Assembly: GCA_051294905.1 (NCBI GenBank)
Contig: CM119371.1
Span: 16,370,001-16,434,000, forward strand
Reading direction: 5' to 3'
DNA length: 64,000 nt
DNA from: Botryllus schlosseri
Lineage: Eukaryota
Shown here: piece after piece, positions 14,621 to 27,561 of the stretch
Layout: each line of letters starts with the position of its first letter
Position numbering within the stretch: the stretch's first letter is position 1
The notes under the pieces: generated by a model
The model's input: only the letters and a program-made list of their open reading frames with translations
Told to the model about the DNA's origin: nothing
The model's database searches: none
Translations under genes and position numbers: made by a program

Positions 14621-15115
14621 TCAGTGGTTCTCAAACTTTTTTAGACGCGCCTCATTGCCTCCTTTAATGACAGTGAAACATTTCGCCACCCCCTTGTCGT
14701 CATATAATATCAAAAATATTAAAAAAAACATAATGTATGCAATCCCAACGCATAGTCACATAGTGTGACAGCATGTCAGATTTTGACTGTTGAGAAAATT
14801 CTCAAATATGAAATTCGGACTATACACGTAGCAATACCTTAAGGTAGAGGTAAAAAGTGGCGTGACGCAAAATAAATTTAAGTTTACTCCAGCTCGTACC
14901 ATATAGCTATTTTTGCGACTTTGGTGTCTAATCCATTTTATTCCCCCACTTGAGCTTGGCTCACAAGTAAATCAATAACCGATGGCGCAGACCACGTGCC
15001 ATTAAAACTTGAAACTTTTTAACGGTGCAAACAATTTTTCTCTACGGTCGCAGGTGTTCGGCAATGTAATAAAGCAATAGAGTACTTTATGTCATCTTAA
15101 AATGCGCATCCTAAG

Positions 15116-18113
15116 CAATGTTCCCTCTAAGCTGCGCACGTGCGTAAATGCGCAGTGCTGAAACGGTCTCTGCGCACAGAAAATCTAGGCTGCGCACAAA
15201 AAATCCGAAGTGATGACTTTTTTTTAGTCGTTGCCCACTGTTGTCCAAGGGACCGCGCAGGCGCGCAGACTCGAGAAAAATTATAGGAAACATTGCCAGG
15301 GGCAAATACTGTTATCGCTGAAGTCTGAAACCGAGATACAAGTGTTGCACGCAAAGGTAGATATTGCGCTCCGCGAAGAAATGATAATTTGTAATCACGT
15401 GCGCCTCACGAAAGAGATTTTTCTTTTAGTATGGACTCGTACGCGTGAGCGATACTGATATCATTCCAGTAGCGCAATCTTTCCGGGAATGGCGAAATAA
15501 CCTGGTTTAACAAAGTTATAACTAACAATGCGCTAGCTCGAAGTTGATCTGCGAGAAACTAACGAATAGTCTTTTCCGCGTGGCATGAACAGTGCGTAAG
15601 ATTTACTGTACAATTACATGCCGTGGATTTTCGAAGTCATCACTTCCATCAGACTAATCTGATCACCTATGGCGAGATAGGATAATATGCAGAATATGCA
15701 AGTACAAGCACCAATATTGCTAAAAAAAATCCATCCCTTTGCAAACGTTGATCGGGAAATGCTGCAACTGTGCATTGCAGGACGTTGAGTTACATCAGCT
15801 TCTCATCAGCAGAAGTTTTGATTTTTTTTTCGATTCGTTTGAACGGGAATCTTCCGTCGATAAGGTCATACGCTGATATATTGTTCTTGCTTCAGTCAGA
15901 CTTGAATATTCGTATCATTAAATCTGAATGTATGTCTTGATACTAATGAGTGCAATGCCGGTATTAAGAAGTCACATCAGTGTTTTAACGCGGTAGGCCT
16001 ACATCGATCGCATGTATTGATTTGCAGTGCGTTCTCGTCACTCGTGCGTGTATGGATGTCTCATACTAGTAGTCCATAGTGAAGGGGTGGGCAATTATTT
16101 TTCTCCGCGGGCCAAATGAGAAGCAGAAAATATTTTGGCGGGCCGAGTTAGAAATTTTAGCTGTATTCTCCTGCGTATTGATTTTATTTCTAAATTGAAA
16201 GGAGTGAATTACACTTAATGGTGTTCAGTGGATGTGTTGATATTGGGGAATGAAAAAGTGACGGTTAATTACAAATATTTGCCGTCATATTTTGAAACAA
16301 TGTTACACATGATACATTATGATCTCTCTTTAAACCCCTATCCGCGTTGTTCTATAAATATATAAAAATGTATTTGGGATGGCTGAAGCAGCCGTTCGTC
16401 AGACTAAACCCAATCGGGATGCACGTTTTTAACACTGCTTCCGAGCGAGATTTATTTTATACACTGATTGGCAATGCTTTATGCCCTAATCTCGTGAAGC
16501 GCGGAATTTTTCCATGATTCTTGATTCAATCGGTCAATAATATTGGTAATTGCATATATATTGCTATATTTTTAATTCTCTCTCAGCCCACGTATTCAGT
16601 TTTACCGCTAGAGCTGAGTGAGGTGCTGTCTTGGAAATATTCGGGAGGTCCCGTTGGTACAATTACTTCGTTACATGTTGTTATTTCGCGACCTCCAGTC
16701 TGCTATGAGAAAAGATATTGAAATCGCCAAAGCGTACTAAACCAAAAGACGCACACGATTCCCAATTGCTATTTCTTCACTGACAAATATTGCCTATGGA
16801 CAATTGGACACCGGGGTTTTCGGTCAACATAAGCCCAGTCCTTTTCGGTCGAGATTTTCTCGCTGTCGGGCTTTTCTCCTTTACTTAGTTGCGTGAATAT
16901 TCGCTAATTCTGCTTAGCACTGTTTATAGTGAACGCTTTTAATCATGGCAAAACGAATGGGTAGTTTTTCATCCCTCACCAAGCCAAATTAACAAAGAAA
17001 TAAGGTTCGTTTAACATATCATGGTTGTCGGGGCATGTGTAAACGGAAGAAAAAACTGTAAAATTAGATAAGAATTTTTCTTTTTCCGAGCGAGAAAGGT
17101 CTGCTCTGCAAAAGATGCCGAGAAGCAAAATAGCAAACGAATAGCATTCATTTTCTTCGGAAAGCCACCACACTCGAACTGAAGCCAAAACACCCTCAAA
17201 ATATGCAAGCAAAATATGATGTCGAGGTTTATCGTCATTATTGCTCGTGAATGCTTTTCAACTCTTTGCGACACCACAGAGTAGCACGTGTGGTATGGTG
17301 CATATCCCGAAAATAGTTCAGCTGCAGCCAAAACGCGGTGGCTTTTTGAAAAAAATGCGGTGGCTTTTTGAAAAAAATGCCTTCAATGGCTTAACTTCAA
17401 TTCGAGACCACATCATGTTCACAGCGTAGATCCCCTTCTTCACTCATAATGTGATTATCTGGTGTCAATGCAATAAAACTAAATGTAAATGCTGTACTTT
17501 GATTCTATCAATGTCTTTGTTGATACGCACTGGACCGTAACTGCCGCACCCCAAACCCCCAATTAGGGGGCCCGAGCTCGAAGGGGAACCAAAATTATTT
17601 CGTGAATAAACATAAATCATGGAGTAATTTTTTTTTGAAATTTATGCAACTTTTTCAAAGAATAATAAAGAAATGACCTTTTGAAATCGAGTACGTCTTT
17701 TAGTTTAGTACTTTTGGGCGAATTCAATATCTTTTGACACAATAGACAAGAAGATGTTTGATATAATTATTTAGGGGTCCTACGCAGGTGAATCAGATTA
17801 CGTGAGCAGAGAGAGGATATAAATTAATAGCAATATGTATGCAATTCCCGATCACATTGACGATTCAATCATGAATTATATGAATTTTTCGCGCTTCGCG
17901 CGTCTAGGCCATACACCCGCCGGCCGGACACCCAATGTAGATGATAAGTAGCGCAAAAAAGTGTAGGGCCTGAGGGGGTCTGGGGGGCGAAGCCCCTCAG
18001 AAGATCGGTTTATCACCCTATGGGGAGGGGGCTGGTTGTGCACTGTTGTTCATGGGCCTGCGCAATGAGTTGGTGTGTTTGCGCAGACTCATGAAAAATT
18101 AGAGGGAACATTG
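15116..18113. mobile_element. Composite hAT-type element with nested repeats
   Basis: TIR CAATGTTCCCTCTAA, perfect TSD atcctaag. A related short copy lies at about 21370-21554. Confidence 0.8.
17531..18060 (+). mobile_element. Representative copy of a high-copy non-autonomous DNA element with CAGG(A/G)CCGTAAC termini
   Basis: Related segments at about 7760-8450, 16540-16850, 18696-19050, 21130-22520, 27974-28440, 30060-30520 and 34857-35800. Confidence 0.6.
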
Positions 18114-19768
18114 ATCCTAAGAGTGGCATTACACAGAATTTGTCCTAACTGAGTATACTTGGAGCCGCTGTAAGTTGTGAGCCACTTCGATCAAAATTCT
18201 TGTTTCAACAAAAGGTCTATTATATATGGCATATGGCATAGCCTTATAAGGAAATAACATATTTATCCGTACCTTTGTGCCGTTCTCCACACTCTACACC
18301 AGTGGTTCCCAAGCGGTGGTCAATGGTTTCTGGTGGGGAATAGACGCATTTGTTCAAAATTATATAGAGGACAGACGGCATATTCACGGAGACACATGCG
18401 CAATTACCGCTACCAGTTAACTGCTCTGGAATGTATGTATCGAAAATTACATTGTGTGTTGTTCACAAAACCTCATTTTTGACTCTGGATAGCGTCACAA
18501 ACGCTTCCAGCACGACTAATTTGACATGAAATAACGCTTTCGCGAAATTATGAGCGTTACTGGTATCTGTTCACAATTCGTTTTATGTTGCAGTTATAGG
18601 CGATTTTCTTGCGTACTGGTGTGGTTGTGTGTCTTGTGTAGTCAAACCAGCAAATAGCTGCTCTGTGACAACAAAAGTGCTGGGTAGTGGGGATCAGGAC
18701 CGTAACTGCCGCACCCCAAACCCCCCAATTGGGGAGGGGAGAGCTCGAAGGGGCCCAAAATTATTTCGTGAATTAACATAAATTAAAGAATTTTTTAAAA
18801 TTTATGCCACATTTTCGAAAAATTTTCGCGCTAGTTACGCGATTTAATATTGCCAAATATCTGATTATTGGGTACCCTTCCCCACGAAACTACGTAGAAT
18901 TTATGGAAATGGAGACTTCGGCGTCGGCCATTACTGCGCCACGACGCACTAAGGCATATGAAGTTATAGGCAATGTAACATGCATCTCCGAGAAGACCTT
19001 GGCCGAGAAGGAATGCCCTTGTGGTGACCCAAAACTTCGATATATATACAATATATATGTTTAATTGGCTGGCTTTAAATGGCTTGCGCCGGGTATTAAC
19101 AACCAGAGGTAATAAATTTTTTGGATATACATCGTTAAGTTAAGACGCGGAGAGAGTTCGTTCTCCATGTGGAATATCCAGTCAACTCATTTCAATACAA
19201 GTACGTACTGGCGAAACTTATGGTTAGGCTTAGAGTCAGCTCATCTGAAAAGTGCTCAAAGAGAAAGCTAGGTTCCGCTGTGTGGAAAAGTGTGCAACTA
19301 ACTTCAACACCACAATATAAATCGTACCGACGTTTTTGTGAGATCTAAAATCCAAAATACTAGAAAGGCATGGTAACTAAATGGAGAAAAAACATATAAA
19401 ATATATGAAACCAAATCCTATGCAAAAAGGCATTCTCAACTAGATAGGGTTGCCATACGTCCGGAATTTCCCTGACATGTCCGGAATTTCACTGTTCAAA
19501 CTATAGCGTCCGGGAGCAATTTCTAAAATATTCCAAATGTCCGGGATTTTGAAGACTTGACGTAGGCTCATAATTTTTTCGTAAATCAACAGAGAAATAT
19601 TAGTTAGATATCACTTCGTTACATAATTGATGACTGGATCAACAGTTTCAATTGGAATTACTAGGACATCCAGAGGCTTGCTATAACTTGGTGACAGTAA
19701 ACTGACTCGTATGTTTGGAGACTCATGAATAAAGATACCAGCTCAATTGTATCGGTTACAAGCTAAAC

Positions 19769-22635
19769 CAGTGGTTCTTAACTTTACCACCAGCGCCCCC
19801 CAAGGGGCGCTGGCGATTTTGAAGGGGGCGGAAACGCTCAGGGGGCGATATAGGGGCGCTGGGCTCAGGGGGCGGTATGGGGGCGCTGGAGAAAAATGGC
19901 TTCGCAGTAGATGATGTGGTGGTAGAACATATCCTTAATGAGTATTCAGAGCAAATTAACATCGAAAACTTCGTTATATATAGCCTACAAAAGACATATA
20001 GGTTTAATTGTCCATGGTCGCCTAAATGACTGGCACTAGGGATGGTGTGAATGCGAGGTTCACGTTCGCGTTCTGTGTGTGAACCTCGGAAATTTAGAGG
20101 TTCACGTTCACAACAGAACCTTGGCAGGTTCTGCACTGTGAACCTTTCGCGTATATTACAATTTTCACTTCATTATGACATTTTTCCGTCAAATTTATTG
20201 CATTTCAACTGCGGGTCACTCAATGCATGGCGCTGGCAGTATAAAAATCAACAGTAAACGACCAAACGACCATGCACCTTGACAATTTCAAAAGTTTTAC
20301 TTGCTTTGTTACAACTGTTTGCTCGAAATATCCAGCTTTATTACCCTTTGTGAACATTTAGTGACTCTCTGCTGTGAGCTTGACCCGCAATCGCACAACA
20401 TCACGAGCGAAATGCGTAGTCAGCAATGATGCTTACTCCCCCAATCAATGAGATTAATATCGTTTTCTGATGTAAAAAATCTAGCAGGAGTTCAGGTTCA
20501 ATCTTGACTGCATAGGTTCATTGTATCATTAAATCCAAATCCGTACGGTTGAGGTGTTGGCTACTGCTGTATAACTTGTTAATGGAGTAAAATCGGTAGC
20601 AAGTATAGAAACCTGTTTTACACTCTGATCGATATCAATGTAGCAATACTCAGACGCCGAATACATTGTCCGGTCTGGGCTGGACCGTTGAGGCCTAAGC
20701 TTTTATTCCCTGGTAAGTCGTCGTCGAAATTGTTGGCTGGACGACGGAAAATATTGATTTTATGGGATTATTATATCACTTGTTTGCCTGAGTTGATACA
20801 TTTAGCGACGTTTAAAACGCCAATATGTACCTCAGCATTGTGGCATTATGTGGCCCGAGTCGTCGCTAGGTATTGTGTACAGCTGTACACTGTACGATAT
20901 AGGCTATCACTTCACTGAAAGATAGGATTGGAATTAGCAATATGACGTCACGTGACGTCATGAGGTTCACGTTCGTGTTCACACAGAACCTTTCAATAAG
21001 GTTCGCGTTCACACGAACCTGTACCTTTCAGAGGTTCGCACCATCCCTAACTGGCACCGAATGTTCCTGTCTTGGCAATCTGAACCCCAGAAGACGAATT
21101 CCATCTGGCAGGGAAAAATTATATGCCAGTGAAGAAATACCAATTTTAAATGGTGTGCGTCTTTTAGTTTAGTACGATTGGCCGACAGGGATATCTAAAA
21201 CTACATATTCCTGTTGGGCGATATCCCTGTTGGGCGATTCTATATTTTTTTGATATAGCAGACAGGAGGTCACGAAATAACATCATGCAACGAAGTCATA
21301 CCAACGGGTTCTCCCGCCCGAATATGTTTAATTATTAGTTTCGGGCCCTACAGTTTCCAAGACACCTCACCATGTTCGCTCTAAGTTTTGATGAGTCTGC
21401 GCACACTCAACAACTCACTGCGCTGACCCTTGGACAACAGTGCGTAACGACTAAAAAAAGGTCATAACTTCGGATTTGTTGTGCACAACGTAGATTTTCC
21501 GTGCGCAGAGACCGTGTCAGCACTGTGCACGTGCGCAGCTTAGAGGGAACATTGCAGCTCACTCAGCTCTACCGGTAAATCTGGTAACGTGAGCAGAGAG
21601 GACAAGAAATTGATAGCAATAGATATGCAATTCCCGATCTTACTGACCGATTTTATCATGAATTGACGAAAGTTTTCGCACTGGCTCGCTAGACAGTACA
21701 GCTGATTCCGTGGCAAAAGCCAACAACGTGATGGGGGGCGGTCGGTTCATCACCCTATGGGAACTCAAGACCCAGGTTTTTTTCGGGGGGCCTGACGAAG
21801 TGCCGTTTCGTTCCTGCCAACGGGTATACGCCCGAAGATGTATAATTATTATTGGGGGGTTCTACCTTTTAAATCACACATCACTCAGCTCTACCGGTAA
21901 ATCTGTTTACGTGAGCAGAGAGAGGATAAATATTGATCTCAATATACATGCAATTCCCGATCATAATGACCAATTTTTCGCGCTTCGCGCGTCTAGGCGA
22001 GAATAGCTGCAACAGTAAATGGACACCCAATGTAGATGACTAGTATCGGCAAATAGCGAATAGCCGAAGAGGGGTCTGGGGGCGAAGCCCCCCGGAAGTT
22101 TGGTTTATCACCCGATGGAGGCCCAAGACCAACGTTTTTTGTTGGAGGGGGGTTGACGAAGTGCTGTTACGGCCCTGGTCACGAATTAATTGTACCTACC
22201 GGCACGTCCGAATATGTTTAATTAATAATTACGTGCCCTTTATTTTCCCATACAACAGCTCACTCAGCGCTACTGGTAAATCCGATTACGTGGGCTGAGA
22301 GGATAAAAAGTTTATAGCGACTTATATATGTAATTACGACCTATTCATTCATGCATTATAGAAAATTTTGGTACCTAGGGCGAACAGGCCACACAAACTT
22401 TGCTGACCATCGAAATCACGCTACGGGGTTCTTGGGGGCGAAGACCTCGAAAGTTTGGTTTATCACGCTATGGGTGCGCAAGGCAATCGTTTTTAGGGGG
22501 TTGAAGAAGTGCTGTTACGGCCCTCCCTCTTACTCATTGTCTTTATTGCATTCCTTACAATATGAGGTTGGGGGGCGCTGGAGCACGATAATTTTTGAAA
22601 GGGGGCGCTGGACGAAAAAAGGTTAAGAACCACTG
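19769..22635. mobile_element. hAT (Charlie-like) non-autonomous element with nested insertions
   Basis: TIR CAGTGGTTCTTAAC, perfect TSD agctaaac, subterminal GGGGCGCTG repeats. Confidence 0.85.
20037..21049 (+). mobile_element. hAT-type non-autonomous element nested in 19769-22635
   Basis: TIR TAGGGATGGTG, perfect TSD actggcac. Confidence 0.9.
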
Positions 22636-25600
22636 AGCTAAACTAATGTTCGTGTACAATTTTTGTTGAGCTGAAGTTTCACCTAATCGCAGTAGAAATT
22701 TAGGACAACGTAGACCGATATTTTACGTTTTTGATGTCGTTGCTGGGTTACTTGCCGACTTTCATCCCAAAAACTTACGTCCGTTCCGTCGCGCGGGGGT
22801 GCTAACGGCAACTGAAATTCTCCATTATATTTGATAGAGCTTAAATTTGGTATCCGAGTAGCGTGTGTCCACTATACGGCCGAAAGCAATCTCCGTATAC
22901 CACTCTTTCCCGTGGAAATTAAATATATTCATCGTTGTTTCTAGTGAATAATAATTTCCTTGGTACTAGTTAAGGCCGTGTACACTCACGGATAAAATGA
23001 ACAGAGTGTCGCGTGCGCCATAGCAAGTTTCAGTTGTCTTGGACAAGGATATAGATAAATAGGCCTACACGCATGTGAATTGCGCAATCTTGCTCGAATC
23101 TTCATTTATGCATAAAATGCAGCTTCGTTGGTGAGCCCGATCCATATTCAATTTGTTGCCTCAACGAATATAACATAGTGTTACCATACGACGATTTGTC
23201 GTCTTTTTTGACTTTTTTGAAAGTGTCCTCGGAGGACGCCTAAATGTCCTCTTTTTTGAGAATTATGGTAAACGTATGTGGAAATTGGACTGAGATACAG
23301 GACATCAGCGGGCAAGTAACGGGCGGAGGGTTTTTTTCGGGACTTGATCTAGACAAATGACCTTTTTTTAGTCAACCAACAGAAAATCTGCTACAAAGTC
23401 GGTATTACGGGACTTGAGATGGATATATTACCCTTTTTTAGTCAACCGACCCCGAACACGGTATAAATTACAATTTTTGGGATTTTACTCCAGTATATTG
23501 TAAGTCTGAAATTTTTGAAAACGTGTCCTCTTTTCACATTCCCAAAATATGGTAACCGTAATCCTAATATAACACTACTAATACTATGGCAATGGAAAGC
23601 GTTGTGAACACAGGAGATTGCGCTTCGCGTAAACACGATAGTGTTTTAGCCATGATAGAGCGGGTAATATGAATTTAAATACATTAATCTGGATCAGACG
23701 TGTCAAGACTACGTACTTTCGATTTATCGCTGGATAGGACCAGAGTTGATTTTTTGCCAACGTGAACACTGTGTATCATCGGGTTTTCGCATCCGGACGC
23801 GGAAGTTCGCACCCACCGTAGATTTTGAGCAAATATTGTTTTAAACTGGTGAAAGACACCCGATCCACGCAGCCACATTAATCGACGAATTCCGTGCACG
23901 CTCTTCTCCGTGTGGATAATAGTATGACTCCTTTCCGTCGGCGCTAAGGTGTTGACCAGAAAACAGGATGGATTTAGCCCCGCTGCCGTACGGTAACGAT
24001 AACAATCCAAATGGAGAAGGCGGCTTTGCCTATCTGGGAGGTGCATATTGATTTATACCTCGCTCATAGCCGAAGTCCAGTTGCGTCAACACCCGCGTAT
24101 CTTGTTGCAACGATATCGCTCGTATTTTAACGAATGCGTGCAAATGTGCAGATGTACATAATCCAGTTATATAAAAATATTGGACCAGTGTCGTACTTAA
24201 CTGGCTTTACACCTCTAGTTACGGATCGCGAGTTATTTCGACTACATGCGTTAGTATGCGGCCGGTGGGCCATATAAGTGCTTGAAATACGGCCAGGAAT
24301 AGCAAAATGGTTGACCACTACTATTGCTGAAGACTGTTATTGGGTATCGCGCGCAGCTCATAGTTCGAAATAACATTTAAGTGATGATCACGATATGTTT
24401 TGTTGAATATTATTTCTTTTGTAGTAAATATGCCTGTCGCCCATGTTGGAGAGCACAACGTTGTACAAGGCTCTTGTTTAAAACATGTTAGTTTTTGTTT
24501 TCTAATTTTTTTAAACCATGACGTCATAGTGGATTGACATTGACAATAGAAAATATAGGGTCAAAATAGTTACTTAGACACCTTTGACTGTTGAACCGAC
24601 TATTCTGAGGGTTGCAACCAACCCATATCGATATAGGTCGGCTATACCGGGGTGGTAATTGTCCGTAGGCTCATACAACATATTTTTTTGGAAAGTATTT
24701 ACACAAATATGTCATAATTTGACATCTTGAGAAAAACAGAATTTTGTATTATTTAAAAAGTCTTTGTTTAAAACACCGTTTAAAAATGCTTTGAACAAAG
24801 TGTTTTAAACAACCCATTTGTTTTAAATGAAACTCTAGTTGTACTGACGTAGAGTTATCAAAACGTAGTTGTTAAACTGCGTTGCCTATTTTTATCTTTA
24901 TATTGAAGGCATGCAGCCCGCGGCCTCTACGAATTTTAAAAATTGGCCCGCGACCCGTTTTCAGTTGGCGACCTCTGATGTAGAATGTAGATTCAATTAC
25001 ATTTCCATTCTGAAAAGAATAAAGCACAGCGTCAAATGTCATAGACCGCTCAACATGATCTATTAGGGTAAACCGATCAGTCGTATTTCTAAATGCCCCA
25101 TTGCATGATCACAGGCTATATATGTAGTACCCTACAAGTTAAATTTTACACCATGATTTTACGTTACTATGAAAATAATTAGGTAATACCTATAGCTGAC
25201 ACGTACTCCTTAACGTCGCTTTAATTAATGATACAGGTACCTAAAAATATTCCGCAACATTTCGAAAGTCAATTCATTGACGAGATTTTGCAAAAAGAAC
25301 TGAAATGAAGCGGAATCGCCAAGCTTTTGATAGGTCGGGGGGGGGGGGTTCTGCGTTATGTATCATGTCGCAAGCCATACGAGCATAATGGTCGCTCGCC
25401 ATCCTATAGTCTGTTTGCGTGCGGGGTGTTTGCTACATTGTCTGAGTGTGGAATGTTTGCTAGATTGTAACTAAATAACGGTCAACTGTCGATAGAAAAG
25501 ACAGCTGATGACCCACTTGACTATCACATTGCGATATTGCGGATTGCGTTTGAACCATTACAGGGAGGTAATATATAGCCGCAAATAGTTAGCTAGTGAA

Positions 25601-27137
25601 GGCGTATTGTTAATTAGAAGATAAGTCGGTTATCAAACTATTAGCGAGTTTTCCAGTAGTGTATTTCGCAAAGGATATGAACATTATATATTGATGCCGT
25701 AATATACCTAGAACGGATATTTGTTCTGATATCTACCTTTGTCACATTTCTTTCATTTCGAAGGCTCTGCATATTATATTGCCACTTTGGCGGAGCTCGA
25801 CAGTCATGGGTTTGAACATTTGTTGATAAACCTTGCAGAGTTACAATCGCAGTAAGAGCGCGTCTTCTTTTGTTTCGTTTATTGTTTCGATGTTCTCATT
25901 TTACTTCTAATCTCATTTCTGGTTTCCACGTAAATGCTACAGGGGTGTATAGTGCAAACTGTATAGTGCGAAATGAGCCCAGCTTGTTGTATTGACATGT
26001 CATGGTCAATTGGTCATGAAGGTGAGCTGTTATTTGACATGAGCTGAACTTATTTTAATGTGCTCGAACGAACCCAGGTTAATAGCCACTATAATTTACA
26101 GATAATATCCCAAAATACTATATTTTTCCACTGAAGGCAAACTACCTCTTTTTATGATGTTCCATTCCCCACCCCCCCCACCCCCCAAGGCTTACCGAGT
26201 AGAATTGGAACGACGGGTGTTGCTTGGATTCCGCTATCATGAACGTTTTAAGATATACTTTGCGTCTACGGGATCAGAAGAAGTGTGCGCGAATACAATG
26301 AATATCTATAACATCAATATCACTTAAAATGTATTTTTATCTGAACAAGACACACACAATGTACAATGCGTGTATACACTGTATAGTTTTAAGGGGGGCT
26401 GATAAAGTGCTGTCACGGCGCTCCCCCTTACCCATTGTCTTCATTACAGTCCTTACAATATTAGGTCCGAGGATATTTGTGTGTATCATATTTATATACG
26501 TCTCGAATCAGTACACACAACGAGTGCATCGCAAAGTCGAATGCCTTTGGTATCGGCGACATCGTTGTACAATTCTTGTAAAATACGTGCAAAACATGTG
26601 ATGAATTAACACCGTTAGAGTCTTCTGGCAAATCGCAACTGCGTGAATTACATCTAATTCAAATACATCAATGTAAATATTTTCACCTTCGGCTTAAGAG
26701 AGTACAAATTAGTGAGCTCGTCGGGATGTTATGTAGGACCTAAGATAACGACATGTTTAGCATGATGTTGCTCTCAGCTTTCTTGGGCTATCCAACTTAC
26801 CGGTTTTACACCTCGAGAAATATACTTTTAATGTATTCGATTTGATTTATCTCACTTTTGCCCGGTCATGTCACATAGATTGATCGCATGTTGCTCCAAA
26901 CTATTTGTTATAACACTCATCTTTTTCTAATAATATTGGAGGGCTACAAACTTTGAGCAAGTGTCTTTCGGCAGCTCATATTCATTAAATATATCGATCA
27001 GATATATTAGAATGGCTCTGGACTAATAATATCAACTGATTATTTGTTCAGAAAATGTTTCTTTATAAAACGTAATTGATCTTTGTATTTTCAGTATTTT
27101 CCTTTCGTTATCTAATTAGTAGCACCTGATCAATACC

Positions 27138-27198
27138 ATGGCGGAAGGTCAAAATCAAAATTCTGGTGTCGCCGATGTCATGCCTACATCATCAAGCG
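27138..27198 (+). CDS. NLR gene 1 coding exon 1 (MAEGQNQNSGVADVMPTSSS-G)
   Basis: accATGg start context, upstream acceptor ttttcag ending at 27094, donor G|gtatgt (phase 1). Paralogous to exon 31993-32076. Confidence 0.7.
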
Positions 27199-27414
27199 GT
27201 ATGTAATACTTACACTAATTGAGCTAAGCTTCCTTCAAAATCATATCAATATAACCCATATAAAACAGTTGTAAAGTTATTTGAATATAGCACATTTCAC
27301 TCGTTGTCTTTATAAAATACCGATAGGATTCGAAGATCATAACCGAATCTATAATATTTTATGGTAAAACTATGCATGAGTCCATACGCATTACAATGAT
27401 CACGTGTGTCTTAG

Positions 27415-27561
27415 GATTCGCAACTTTGGCCGGAGGTGAAAATGTCAATCTCGAGATTACAAAGTGTCCAGTTAACGTCGTAGCTGGTGATCAGATCCAA
27501 AGGAACAAGGTCGTCTACAACATTATCAGGGATAAAGAAGAAACGAGCCCTGCTGACCAAG
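27415..27561 (+). CDS. NLR gene 1 exon 2, first cRHIM/amyloid-like repeat (FATLAGGENVNLEITKCPVNVVAGDQIQRNKVVYNIIRDKEETSPADQ)
   Basis: Acceptor gtcttag, donor G|gtgagt, 147 nt, phase 1-1, open frame. Clear paralog at 32291-32440. Confidence 0.8.

Noticed and set aside
25250..25640. Possible promoter of gene 1 with IRF/NF-kB-like sites
   Set aside because: The motifs are too short and degenerate to distinguish from chance without TSS data.
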